From IMG/VR virus record IMGVR_UViG_3300025387_000018, positions 1,579 to 65,578 of that record: DNA of 64,000 nucleotides, one strand, 5' to 3'. This document shows positions 8,330 through 16,536 of the stretch, piece by piece (within the stretch, counting starts at the first letter, position 1; each line of letters opens with the position of its first letter). A program made the position numbers and the translations under genes. Below the pieces are notes generated by a model. The model worked only from the letters and a program-made list of their open reading frames with translations. It was not told the origin of the DNA and did no database searches. The stretch is from a virus. Its lineage: Duplodnaviria > Caudoviricetes.

Positions 8330-8358
8330 ATACACAATTACAACAATGGGAGAATGAT

Positions 8359-8523
8359 ATGAAGTATCGTAAGTCCGTTAGAGTTTCTTATACTATTAAG
8401 AATGAAGATGGATACATTGTTGAACGTAGGCAAAAGTTCCCTACAATGCAGGATGCAATTGTATTCTTACACCTGATTAGACAGAGCAGATTGGTCGGAA
8501 GTCCAGTAATCGAGGAGAAGTGA
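8359..8523 (+). CDS. small hypothetical protein (54 aa)
   Basis: hand-translated; GGGAG RBS. Confidence 0.55.
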   Translation: MKYRKSVRVSYTIKNEDGYIVERRQKFPTMQDAIVFLHLIRQSRLVGSPVIEEK

Positions 8524-8616
8524 TGTGATTCGTCGATATAATGTAGATACAAATGTTTGGGAAGTAGGATATTACCAATCGACAAGATTTATTATTGTTA
8601 GAGTGGAGCGTACGTA

Positions 8617-8907
8617 ATGACTGCTCAAGTCATACAATTTCCTGTCAAACAGAAAATTGAGACCAAAACAAAAAAGTTTGTCGAGGAGGATGACTTTCCT
8701 CCCGACTGGCCCTACAAGATTGTCGGCGTAAATGTATTCCCACCAACAACTGCCAAAGAATATTTGGAATTGTGTAAGAAGTTTCTTGAGCCAGAAGATT
8801 ATACAGATATGTTAATTGGAATTATGGACGAGGATGCTTATGCAGCATTAGAAGTAAGAATGCGTAAATTAATAGATAATTATTATGATTTTGTGAACAG
8901 AGCATAA
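8617..8907 (+). CDS. hypothetical protein
   Basis: ORF with GGAG RBS. Confidence 0.65.
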   Translation: MTAQVIQFPVKQKIETKTKKFVEEDDFPPDWPYKIVGVNVFPPTTAKEYLELCKKFLEPEDYTDMLIGIMDEDAYAALEVRMRKLIDNYYDFVNRA

Positions 8908-8922
8908 CAGTTAGGAGATAGC

Positions 8923-9126
8923 ATGCTAGTAGGAGATAAGTTAAAATACCCAGCAGCCAATGAGGCATATTGTTTGATTACAGCATATCTAAGAGAAGAG
9001 AAGATTGGTGCTAGATATAACAAAGAGGATCTATTGGAGTTTGCCAATTTCCTTGCGGAGATATTGAGGCACCCAGAAAACTTTATTGGTGTTGATCGAA
9101 AAAAGAAAGAGGAAGACAATGTCTGA
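8923..9126 (+). CDS. hypothetical protein
   Basis: ORF with AGGAG RBS. Confidence 0.6.
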   Translation: MLVGDKLKYPAANEAYCLITAYLREEKIGARYNKEDLLEFANFLAEILRHPENFIGVDRKKKEEDNV

Positions 9127-9337
9127 GTGGCAGTTCACTAATCAGTTTTTCGAAGAAGGTAGAGAGCATTATCTAGATGGAGGATCTATTAAAGATTGTC
9201 CTTACAATTATATATTGGTAGACCAGTCGAACGATAGATTAGTGCAGTCAGAACTCTACAGACAACAAGAATGGATGTGTGGTTTTAAATTTGCACATCA
9301 AGGTGGAGCCACTCGTTCTAATGAAAAGAGTGCTTGA
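9119..9337 (+). CDS. Rmf/CrpP-like small protein
   Basis: EG...Y..G....CPY...W..GF pattern; start MSEWQ with GAGG RBS. Confidence 0.5.
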   Translation: MSEWQFTNQFFEEGREHYLDGGSIKDCPYNYILVDQSNDRLVQSELYRQQEWMCGFKFAHQGGATRSNEKSA

Positions 9338-9362
9338 CTTTTTTTAAAAAGAATAGTATACT
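9334..9362 (+). promoter_or_regulatory. sigma70-like early promoter
   Basis: TTGACT-N17-TATACT. Confidence 0.75.
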
Positions 9363-9396
9363 TTGTATATGATGGTTGATGTGACGGAGAACTAAA

Positions 9397-10353
9397 ATGG
9401 CTCATATGATCGAGATGGTAAATGGTGTTGCTCAAATGGCATATGCTGGTGATGTGCCATGGCACAATCTAGGAAAACAAGTCTCTCCAGACTTGACTCC
9501 TATTCAAATGCTTGATGAAGCTGGACTTAATTGGACAGTCTCTAAAGAACAAGCATTTGTGATTATTAATGATGAAGCACAAGAGATTGATCGTTCTGCT
9601 CTTGTTCGTTCTTCTGATAATAAGATTCTAGACATTGTATCTAATGACTGGAATCCAGTACAGAATCAAGAAGCATTCGAATTCTTCAATGACTTTATTG
9701 CTGCTGGCGAGATGCAGATGCATACTGCTGGTTCGTTACAAGATGGTAAGATAGTGTGGGCATTGGCCAAGGTCAATGAATCGTTCGAGTTGTTCAAGGG
9801 AGATAAGATTGATTCTTATCTACTGTTCTCTAACTTCCACAAATATGGATGCTCTACCGATGTGCGTTTCACTCCTATCCGTGTTGTCTGTAACAATACT
9901 TTATCATTGTCTCTCAATTCAGCTGTTGAACGAATGGCAAAGATCAGCCATCGTAAACAGTTCCAGGCAGACAATGTTAAAATGATGCTTGGTATCGCCA
10001 AGGATAAGTTGACTCAGTATAAAGAGATGGCAGAGTTTCTTGGCTCTAAGATGTATAAGGAAGAAACTCTCGTTGAGTATTTCCAACGCATCTTTCCTGT
10101 TACTGGTGACAACGAGAACAAGAAAGATATGTCTCGCAATGCTTCACAGGCTCTGTCTCTCGTTCACGAGCAACCTGGTGCAGAATATGCTGAGGGATCT
10201 TGGTGGTCAGCATTTAATACTGTTACGTATATGACTGATCATACCATGGGTCGTTCAGTTGATTCGCGCTTGACTTCTGCTTGGTATGGATATAATAAAG
10301 GTCTTAAGACAAAAGCTCTTGAACTCGCTGTAGAGTTTGCTGAAGCTGCTTAA
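9397..10353 (+). CDS. DUF932 / phage-plasmid TIGR03299-like protein
   Basis: AYAG..PWH.LG, VQN.EAF.FF, TAGSL..G..VW, TP.RVVC.NTL. Confidence 0.85.
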   Translation: MAHMIEMVNGVAQMAYAGDVPWHNLGKQVSPDLTPIQMLDEAGLNWTVSKEQAFVIINDEAQEIDRSALVRSSDNKILDIVSNDWNPVQNQEAFEFFNDFIAAGEMQMHTAGSLQDGKIVWALAKVNESFELFKGDKIDSYLLFSNFHKYGCSTDVRFTPIRVVCNNTLSLSLNSAVERMAKISHRKQFQADNVKMMLGIAKDKLTQYKEMAEFLGSKMYKEETLVEYFQRIFPVTGDNENKKDMSRNASQALSLVHEQPGAEYAEGSWWSAFNTVTYMTDHTMGRSVDSRLTSAWYGYNKGLKTKALELAVEFAEAA

Positions 10354-10365
10354 TAGGAGATAGTA

Positions 10366-11502
10366 ATGGCTCGTCGCCCAGGTATTGTTAAACGTAAACC
10401 AAAGACTGTTCGGGTAACAAAGTCAGAGCAGTATGTGGTTAACCAGAAACATCTGGGCGATGAGCCAGTATTTACCAAACCACTCACAAAACTAGATTAC
10501 ATGAATGCATTGAATTGGTATAATTATATGTGTACCAATATTGAAGCAAAAGAATATCTAGTAACATATCTTAAGAATATGGGCAGAGTAAACGAAGTAA
10601 AGAAAATTAAATCTATACCTGATACTCTTGTTCCAACTACCATTGCTTGGATTGCTCGTCTTATAACAAAAGGATATGAACTACCAGTTGATGCTCGACC
10701 ATATCTGGAGGACAGACTCAACGATATTTGTAATAAATATATTGAGTCAGAACCAAAGGAAACTGATGTCGAGAAACCGAAAGTTTCGATACAAGAAAGA
10801 GTTAACGAAAAGGCGCATGATATCTTGGGCGAGGTCGAGGGACTTATTGACGATCACATTGAAGCGAACGATAACTTCTCATTCTACGACTGGCTTCAAG
10901 CAAACAATATCCCGTCTTTATATGTTTCTCGTATTATTGACAAACTGAGTCCTGTTCTTGGGGAATTGATTGAAGCATACGAAGGTGAAGATGAACAGAT
11001 CAAAGAAGGATATAGACGCTACAAAAAAAGCGATCTACAAAAATTTATTAAATTCTACTCTACTATGTGCGATGATGCCGAAAAGTATGCCGGAGTGGCG
11101 AAAAGAACTCGCAATCCTAGAAAACCGAGAGTCCAATCGGTCGAGAAAAAACTTAAATCGTTTAAGTACCAGAAAGAAGATAATACGTTCAAAATTGCGT
11201 CAGTTAATCCTGAGAAAATCATTGGCGCACAAGAACTTTGGGCGTTCAACACAAAGTATAAGACTCTCTCGGTATTTCGTGCGCTTGACAGAGGAGGTCT
11301 TGATGTCAAGGGGACTTCGATCATTAAGTATAACGAAGAAACGTCGACCACATTACTTACGGGTCGCAAATCCGAAGAGATCGTCAAGAAAGTTTTGGAA
11401 GGTGGCAAACTTATTCTACGAAAGATTGATCAAGAACTCAAAAACAATGCGTCGTTACAATCGCGCATTAACGAAAACACCATACTGCTGAGGGTGATGT
11501 AA
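10366..11502 (+). CDS. conserved T4-like phage hypothetical protein
   Basis: long ORF with AGGAG RBS; basic C-terminus SI.PEKIIGA.ELW.FNTK. Confidence 0.8.
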   Translation: MARRPGIVKRKPKTVRVTKSEQYVVNQKHLGDEPVFTKPLTKLDYMNALNWYNYMCTNIEAKEYLVTYLKNMGRVNEVKKIKSIPDTLVPTTIAWIARLITKGYELPVDARPYLEDRLNDICNKYIESEPKETDVEKPKVSIQERVNEKAHDILGEVEGLIDDHIEANDNFSFYDWLQANNIPSLYVSRIIDKLSPVLGELIEAYEGEDEQIKEGYRRYKKSDLQKFIKFYSTMCDDAEKYAGVAKRTRNPRKPRVQSVEKKLKSFKYQKEDNTFKIASVNPEKIIGAQELWAFNTKYKTLSVFRALDRGGLDVKGTSIIKYNEETSTTLLTGRKSEEIVKKVLEGGKLILRKIDQELKNNASLQSRINENTILLRVM

Positions 11503-11735
11503 TGAATAAAAAACTAATCGAAGCGTTGTTAAATGTTATGACTTTTCTTTCAATTGTGTTACTATCTATCATAGTATATGCTGCTTATGAAGAACAACAA
11601 CACAAAGAAGCTTTTGACAATATGTGTTTAGAAGCGGGAGGAATTCCTCTAAAGTATACTTACCACTATGATCGTAGACAAAACAAAATAGAATACACAT
11701 GCCTCAGCGTTAATGCTGTTATTGATGTAGAATAG
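11502..11735 (+). CDS. membrane-anchored hypothetical protein
   Basis: N-terminal TM helix; C...GG.P...C pair. Confidence 0.6.
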   Translation: MNKKLIEALLNVMTFLSIVLLSIIVYAAYEEQQHKEAFDNMCLEAGGIPLKYTYHYDRRQNKIEYTCLSVNAVIDVE

Positions 11736-11743
11736 GAGAACAA

Positions 11744-12088
11744 ATGAAACATATTATTCTGGCAGCACTACTTCTTACAACTCCTGCTCTGGCAGAAGAT
11801 AGACCAAAGGAAATTATTGGTTGTGGCCCAAAAGAAAAAATCAATAAAATATTAAAAGAATCAAATTTTGCTGTGTTGTATCGTGGAGAAGGACTATCTA
11901 ATACTTACGTTGAGACTTGGATTAATGGTGGTGGTGCCATTACTATTTCTTATGATAAACCAAAAGATAATAAAGCAGAGAACATCAAATCAGTATGCGT
12001 TCAATCTGTCGCTGCTCAGGTAATGTATAATAGTGACACTGTGGAGATACTCAACAAAGCATTAGACAAGACATCTCCAAAATTGTGA
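11744..12088 (+). CDS. secreted/periplasmic hypothetical protein
   Basis: Sec signal MKHIILAALLLTTPALA; two Cys. Confidence 0.7.
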   Translation: MKHIILAALLLTTPALAEDRPKEIIGCGPKEKINKILKESNFAVLYRGEGLSNTYVETWINGGGAITISYDKPKDNKAENIKSVCVQSVAAQVMYNSDTVEILNKALDKTSPKL

Positions 12089-12633
12089 TGTTAAAGGCAA
12101 CCTACACAGGTAATATTGACGAAATAAAGAAAACAGTATATAATATGGTTGAAGAGTCCATGAAGTTGGACGCTCACGATTTATTCTTAACAAGGGCACA
12201 CACAACTGCCTTTGTTAAGAATGGCAGAAAACTTCATACTCTATCTGAGTTTGATGAACTTAATGATTTTATATCATCTAATGGTAGACAATGTTTTGAG
12301 AATTCTAAAATTGTAATGGCATGGGCAAATGTATATCCAACAGGTTCATATATCAGACCACATAAACATATAACATTTGACAATCTCATAAGTGCTGTGT
12401 TTTATTTACAAGGTAATGGCGTATTACACGTTGGTGAACATACTTATAGTTTAGAACAAGGAGAAACATTGTTTTTTCCATCTAACGTTGAGCACTGGTC
12501 TGAGCCAAATAAAAACGAACAAGATCGTGTTATGATAGGATATGATCTCTATCATGGAGATAAAACGGATAAAGAAATAGAAATAATTATAAAAGGATTT
12601 GAGGAATTCATTAAACACGGAGTAATAAAATGA
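12085..12633 (+). CDS. 2OG-Fe(II) oxygenase / cupin (TIGR02466-like)
   Basis: WANVY..G....HKH..ISAVFY ... FPS.VEH. Confidence 0.8.
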   Translation: MMLKATYTGNIDEIKKTVYNMVEESMKLDAHDLFLTRAHTTAFVKNGRKLHTLSEFDELNDFISSNGRQCFENSKIVMAWANVYPTGSYIRPHKHITFDNLISAVFYLQGNGVLHVGEHTYSLEQGETLFFPSNVEHWSEPNKNEQDRVMIGYDLYHGDKTDKEIEIIIKGFEEFIKHGVIK

Positions 12634-12749
12634 AAAAGTATATCCTATCAATAATGGTGTTATCCTTTTGTGGCTTGGCTAGTTGCCAATCAGCAAAGTA
12701 CGCAGAGTGTGCTGTACGGGACGCAACTTCGAACCCATGCAACTGGTAG
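12630..12749 (+). CDS. small lipoprotein (39 aa, MKKYILSIMVLSFCGLASC...)
   Basis: hand-translated; lipobox LASC; GGAG RBS; ATGA overlap. Confidence 0.65.
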   Translation: MKKYILSIMVLSFCGLASCQSAKYAECAVRDATSNPCNW

Positions 12750-12785
12750 TGCTTTGCCCGATGAAGCAATAATAGAAGAGTATAG

Positions 12786-13367
12786 ATGATGATTATCATG
12801 GATAATCTATTAAGTCAAAAAGAAGTAGATAAGATACATGATATATTGTGTGGGCATGATTTTCCATGGTATTATAACCCAAACACTATCAATAAAGACT
12901 TAGAAAGTTCATTCTTTAAAGATAACAACACAATGAACACAGGTCAGTTTACTCATTCGTTTTTTGTTGATGGTTCCATAAAATCTAATTATTTTCGTTT
13001 GGTTTATCCATTTTTGTTTTTATTGGAAAAGAAATTTAATAAAGATTTTATGCCGAAATTATCAAGAATAAAAGCAAATCTATTGGTCAAGAACAATTTA
13101 TTCTCGGGCGAACAATATAATTACCCGCATGTAGATTCAAATTTTTTCCCTGGCGAAAGTTTATTATATTACGTTAATGACTCTGATGGGGATACTTTTA
13201 TATTTAAAGAGAAAAAAGATGACAAATTTGAGAATGTTACACTTGACAGGAGAATAACTCCACAAAAAGGAAAATCTATTTTCTTTGATTCTGATTATTA
13301 TCATGCTAGTAGTTGTCCAATTAAATCAGATAAAAGAATAGTGATCAATTTTTTATTTCATAAATAG
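12786..13367 (+). CDS. 2OG-Fe(II) oxygenase
   Basis: FPW, PHVD, LYYVNDSDGDT, HASSCP....R.VINF. Confidence 0.85.
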   Translation: MMIIMDNLLSQKEVDKIHDILCGHDFPWYYNPNTINKDLESSFFKDNNTMNTGQFTHSFFVDGSIKSNYFRLVYPFLFLLEKKFNKDFMPKLSRIKANLLVKNNLFSGEQYNYPHVDSNFFPGESLLYYVNDSDGDTFIFKEKKDDKFENVTLDRRITPQKGKSIFFDSDYYHASSCPIKSDKRIVINFLFHK

Positions 13368-13370
13368 TAA

Positions 13371-13677
13371 TTGCCGAGGTCGTTGAGAGAAACGAAATAA
13401 GCATTCAGGACCTGGGGGCAGTACCCAGCTGGTCCACCATAAACAGATAACAACTGGACGCAGGCTCAATGAAGTAGGCCTCGGCTTGATCACCGAGAAG
13501 GTATGGAGAGTGTTATCTGTTTATGATGGGCCAGAAATTAGGATCGACTGGTGTGGTAAAGGTTTAAGGAGACCAAAGACAACGTTCAGGTGCCAACGAC
13601 AACTACGCACCATTTGAGATTGCTCTAGCAGCATGATCATTGGGTCCGCCAGAACCTCGAAACAGAATCTGGCAATT
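13371..13677 (+). ncRNA. ssrA: circularly permuted (two-piece) tmRNA, alphaproteobacterial type; tag ANDNYAPFEIALAA
   Basis: acceptor piece ends T-arm CTGGG-GGCAGTA-CCCAG plus CTGGTCC-A-CCA (13439); coding piece starts GGGCCAG at 13528 giving a G3:U70 acceptor stem; tag frame 13592-13636; outer ends approximate. Confidence 0.92.
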
Positions 13678-13693
13678 AATTTGGAGAAGTAAA

Positions 13694-13837
13694 ATGGCTA
13701 AATTGAGTAAGACGCAACGATTAATTATGAAGTTCTATAAGGCTATCTCTGATAAGAATGCTAAGAAAGAACGTAAGCTCTGGCTTAAACTCGTTAAGAA
13801 GAGTCTTAAAGGTAAGAATACACATCCAATAGTTTGA
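13694..13837 (+). CDS. small basic protein (47 aa, MAKLSKTQRL...)
   Basis: GGAG RBS; start trimmed from the ORF track. Confidence 0.65.
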   Translation: MAKLSKTQRLIMKFYKAISDKNAKKERKLWLKLVKKSLKGKNTHPIV

Positions 13838-13848
13838 ATACACAGAAA

Positions 13849-13923
13849 GGTTCCGTAGCTCAGCAGGATAGTAGCAACTGCCTTCTAAGCAGTAGGTCGC
13901 ATGTTCGAATCATGCCGGAATCA
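13849..13923 (+). tRNA. tRNA-Arg(UCU), CCA not encoded
   Basis: acceptor GGTTCCG/CGGAATC; anticodon arm ACTGC-CTTCTAA-GCAGT; T arm GCATG-TTCGAAT-CATGC; D stem imperfect. Confidence 0.9.
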
Positions 13924-13931
13924 CATAAGCA

Positions 13932-13981
13932 CTCCGATTGTATAAATAGCGATGACAATAAGACTATTATACAATCGGAGG
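13932..13981 (+). promoter_or_regulatory. late promoter TATAAATA (13941-13948) inside an RBS-sequestering hairpin
   Basis: CTCCGATTGTATAA (13932-45) is perfectly complementary to TTATACAATCGGAG (13967-80), which covers the GGAGG SD. Confidence 0.85.
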
Positions 13982-13989
13982 TTAGCACT

Positions 13990-14649
13990 ATGTACTATAC
14001 TATTTATAGGATTACAAATAATATAAACGGTAAATATTATATCGGAATGCACAAAACAAAAGATCTAGAAGATAATTATATGGGTTCTGGAAAATATTTG
14101 AAACGTGCCATAGAAAAACACGGCGTAGAGAACTTTTCAAAAGAAATTCTTTATGTATATGACAACGAATCAGATATGAAGAACAAAGAAAAAGAATTAG
14201 TTATAGTATCAGAACAAACATACAATCTGAATGAAGGCGGATATGGTGGTTTCAGTTTTATTAATAGAAATAAAATGAATAACGGAAGAAGATCCGAAGA
14301 GTCTGAGAAAAGAAGATTAAAATCTCTTTCTGAAACTAGAAAATTGATGATGAAAGATGAAAAAGAAATAATTCATATGAAAACTATTTCGAAAATAGGA
14401 AGAGAAAAAGTAAAACAAATTTACCCAGAGGGAACTTGGAAAAACAGAAAACACAAACAAGAATCTATTGATAAAATGAAAGAAAAACATAAAAACAATG
14501 GTCATCAAAAAGGATCTAAAAATTCTCAATATGGAACTTGTTGGATAACAAATGGAAAAGAGAATAAAAAAATCAAAACGGAAGATATTGACAAATATTT
14601 AAATTTAGGTTATACTAAAGGTAGAATTCTAAATATGGAGAAGAAATGA
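13990..14649 (+). CDS. free-standing GIY-YIG homing endonuclease (Seg-like)
   Basis: TIYRITNNINGKYYIG, Y.GSG, E residue, YN...GG; NUMOD3-like HKQESIDKM. Confidence 0.9.
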   Translation: MYYTIYRITNNINGKYYIGMHKTKDLEDNYMGSGKYLKRAIEKHGVENFSKEILYVYDNESDMKNKEKELVIVSEQTYNLNEGGYGGFSFINRNKMNNGRRSEESEKRRLKSLSETRKLMMKDEKEIIHMKTISKIGREKVKQIYPEGTWKNRKHKQESIDKMKEKHKNNGHQKGSKNSQYGTCWITNGKENKKIKTEDIDKYLNLGYTKGRILNMEKK

Positions 14650-15050
14650 AAAAGTATCTAATTGCATTATGTATTGCTTTCTCTACTCCTGCCATGGCAG
14701 ATTATGATGTTGTAATATCAAAACGTCATCAGACTATGGAAGTATACCAAGATGGAGAGTTACTAGATGTTTGGCCAGTATCAACAGCCCGTAAAGGATA
14801 TTCTACACCTTCGGGAACGTTTAATGTCCAGTCTATGGAATCCATGCATTATTCTAGATTATATGATATGTCTCCTATGCCTTGGTCTATTTTCTTCAAT
14901 GGAAATATTGCTATCCATGGCACTCCGCATATAAGCGGATTAGGTTCTCCGAAATCACATGGTTGTGTTCGACTTAGTCCCAGTAATGCAGCAATTCTTT
15001 ATGACCTCGTGAAATCAAATCGCAATCAAACAACCATCACAATCAAATAG
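14646..15050 (+). CDS. L,D-transpeptidase (YkuD family), secreted
   Basis: signal peptide; WPVSTA..G..TP.G; IAIHGT ... SHGCVRL catalytic motif. Confidence 0.9.
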   Translation: MKKYLIALCIAFSTPAMADYDVVISKRHQTMEVYQDGELLDVWPVSTARKGYSTPSGTFNVQSMESMHYSRLYDMSPMPWSIFFNGNIAIHGTPHISGLGSPKSHGCVRLSPSNAAILYDLVKSNRNQTTITIK

Positions 15051-15059
15051 GAGTTATAG

Positions 15060-15173
15060 ATGGGCAAATACGATCACTGGTTCTGGAACAGCTGGCTTGT
15101 CGATAAGCTGGCTTCAAAGGTATCAAAGTTCAACTCTTGGTTATGGACAAAACAATATGGAAAGAAAGACTGA
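15060..15173 (+). CDS. small Trp-rich peptide (37 aa)
   Basis: hand-translated; AGGAG RBS. Confidence 0.55.
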   Translation: MGKYDHWFWNSWLVDKLASKVSKFNSWLWTKQYGKKD

Positions 15174-15392
15174 ATGAACGAATCTTTCGCTTGTGAAATT
15201 GAGGAAATATGCTGGATGAAAGATGTCCCGTATATGGATGCAGTTGTTATGTGGTGCGAACAGAACAGCTATGAGGTGGAATCTGCTGCCCTATTGATCA
15301 AGAAAGACCCAGTACTCCGGGCCAAGATCCGTATGGAAGCAGAGACCGCTAATCTTTTAAAAACAAAGAGAGGTAGAAGTCTGCCATTATAA
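15174..15392 (+). CDS. gp33: late-transcription coactivator
   Basis: IE.......YMDAV...C....EVE.A......L..KI..EA...NLL; position upstream of 59 and 32. Confidence 0.85.
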   Translation: MNESFACEIEEICWMKDVPYMDAVVMWCEQNSYEVESAALLIKKDPVLRAKIRMEAETANLLKTKRGRSLPL

Positions 15393-15395
15393 ATA
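15388..15395 (+). promoter_or_regulatory. T4-type late promoter
   Basis: exact TATAAATA. Confidence 0.65.
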
Positions 15396-15425
15396 ATCGA
15401 GCTTCAACATTTGTGGGAGTATCAA

Positions 15426-15896
15426 ATGTTTATCAAGATAGTAGGTAAACCCAAGAAAGATTTATCTACCTATATTGTTAAGAAAGCTGCTCGGTTCTAT
15501 GGCGAATACTTACTTGGAACTAAACTCTCCAAGAACATTGATCTAACAATTGAATTTGAGAATTTTGATAGAGGATGTAACGAGTACGCTTACTGCGACT
15601 GGACCGATGACAATCATCGAGCCAGAGATTTCCTCATAACTATAGACTCAAAATTACCCAAAAAAGAGATCCTATTGGCGCTTGCCCACGAGATGGTGCA
15701 TCTTAAGCAATACGCCAAGGGAGAATTAAAAGACATATTTCGTCCAGTTCGTATGACTAAATGGTTGGGCGAAAAATATGACAGCGACAACATGGATTAT
15801 TGGGAACAACCTTGGGAAATAGAGGCATATGGCCGAGAGAAAGGGTTGTTTGTTAAATTTATGAATATATTGAAAGAGGAAGATGAACCCTTATGA
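15426..15896 (+). CDS. HExxH zinc metallopeptidase-like protein
   Basis: LAHEMVHLKQY ... PWEIEA; start MFIKI with GGGAG RBS. Confidence 0.8.
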   Translation: MFIKIVGKPKKDLSTYIVKKAARFYGEYLLGTKLSKNIDLTIEFENFDRGCNEYAYCDWTDDNHRARDFLITIDSKLPKKEILLALAHEMVHLKQYAKGELKDIFRPVRMTKWLGEKYDSDNMDYWEQPWEIEAYGREKGLFVKFMNILKEEDEPL

Positions 15897-16458
15897 TTGT
15901 TACCGTGAGTATCTAGGTCTTAAGAACCATTTCTCGAAACCAGATTATGATTATTTCAAATACAATGGAAAGATGCGAGCCAATCCAGCATCTTTCCAGA
16001 AACGTAAAGATAAGATATTCTTCGAGAAACTAGCCAAACATCCAGAGGTTCATGACTTTCTTGTTGCTAATCTGGCAGATAACAACAAACTATGGATAAG
16101 AGACTTAGCATATACGCCAGAGCCAGAGCAAACATACCAGACATGGAAGAAAAGACAACAGTCTCTTGGCTATACGTTTAAAAATGAAATAGAAAAACTA
16201 GAAACTCCATTCAATAATAATTTTATCTGTAGAGAAGGAGAACATCCTGTTCTTTTCAGATTATATCTTTCAGGCAGCATATGCTTGGAAACTCTTTGTA
16301 TTCTGTTAGATTTAACAGGAGCAAAGAAACACTGGGACTCTAAGATGAAATATGATCCTGTATGGGATGAATACAGCTTAAGAGTGAAAAAATATACTCC
16401 ATTCATTGTGTATGATAAGGACAAGTACCGTAAGATAGTTCTTGACTTTTATGGTTGA
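15883..16458 (+). CDS. gp59: helicase loader
   Basis: Y..YL.LKNHF....YDYFKYNGK; F.KRKDK.FF. Confidence 0.9.
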   Translation: MNPYDCYREYLGLKNHFSKPDYDYFKYNGKMRANPASFQKRKDKIFFEKLAKHPEVHDFLVANLADNNKLWIRDLAYTPEPEQTYQTWKKRQQSLGYTFKNEIEKLETPFNNNFICREGEHPVLFRLYLSGSICLETLCILLDLTGAKKHWDSKMKYDPVWDEYSLRVKKYTPFIVYDKDKYRKIVLDFYG

Positions 16459-16470
16459 TTGGGGTATACT
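16442..16470 (+). promoter_or_regulatory. sigma70-like promoter for gene 32
   Basis: TTGACT-N17-TATACT. Confidence 0.7.
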
Positions 16471-16536
16471 AAATAATGATGGCGATACAAATGCCATTCA
16501 TACACTGTTTATACAACGCTTATACGGAGATAATAC

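Noticed and set aside
13640-13990. ORF-track N-terminal extensions (13640 MGPPEP..., 13834 MNTQKG...)
   Set aside because: They overlap the tmRNA and tRNA; better starts with SD sequences are at 13694 and 13990.
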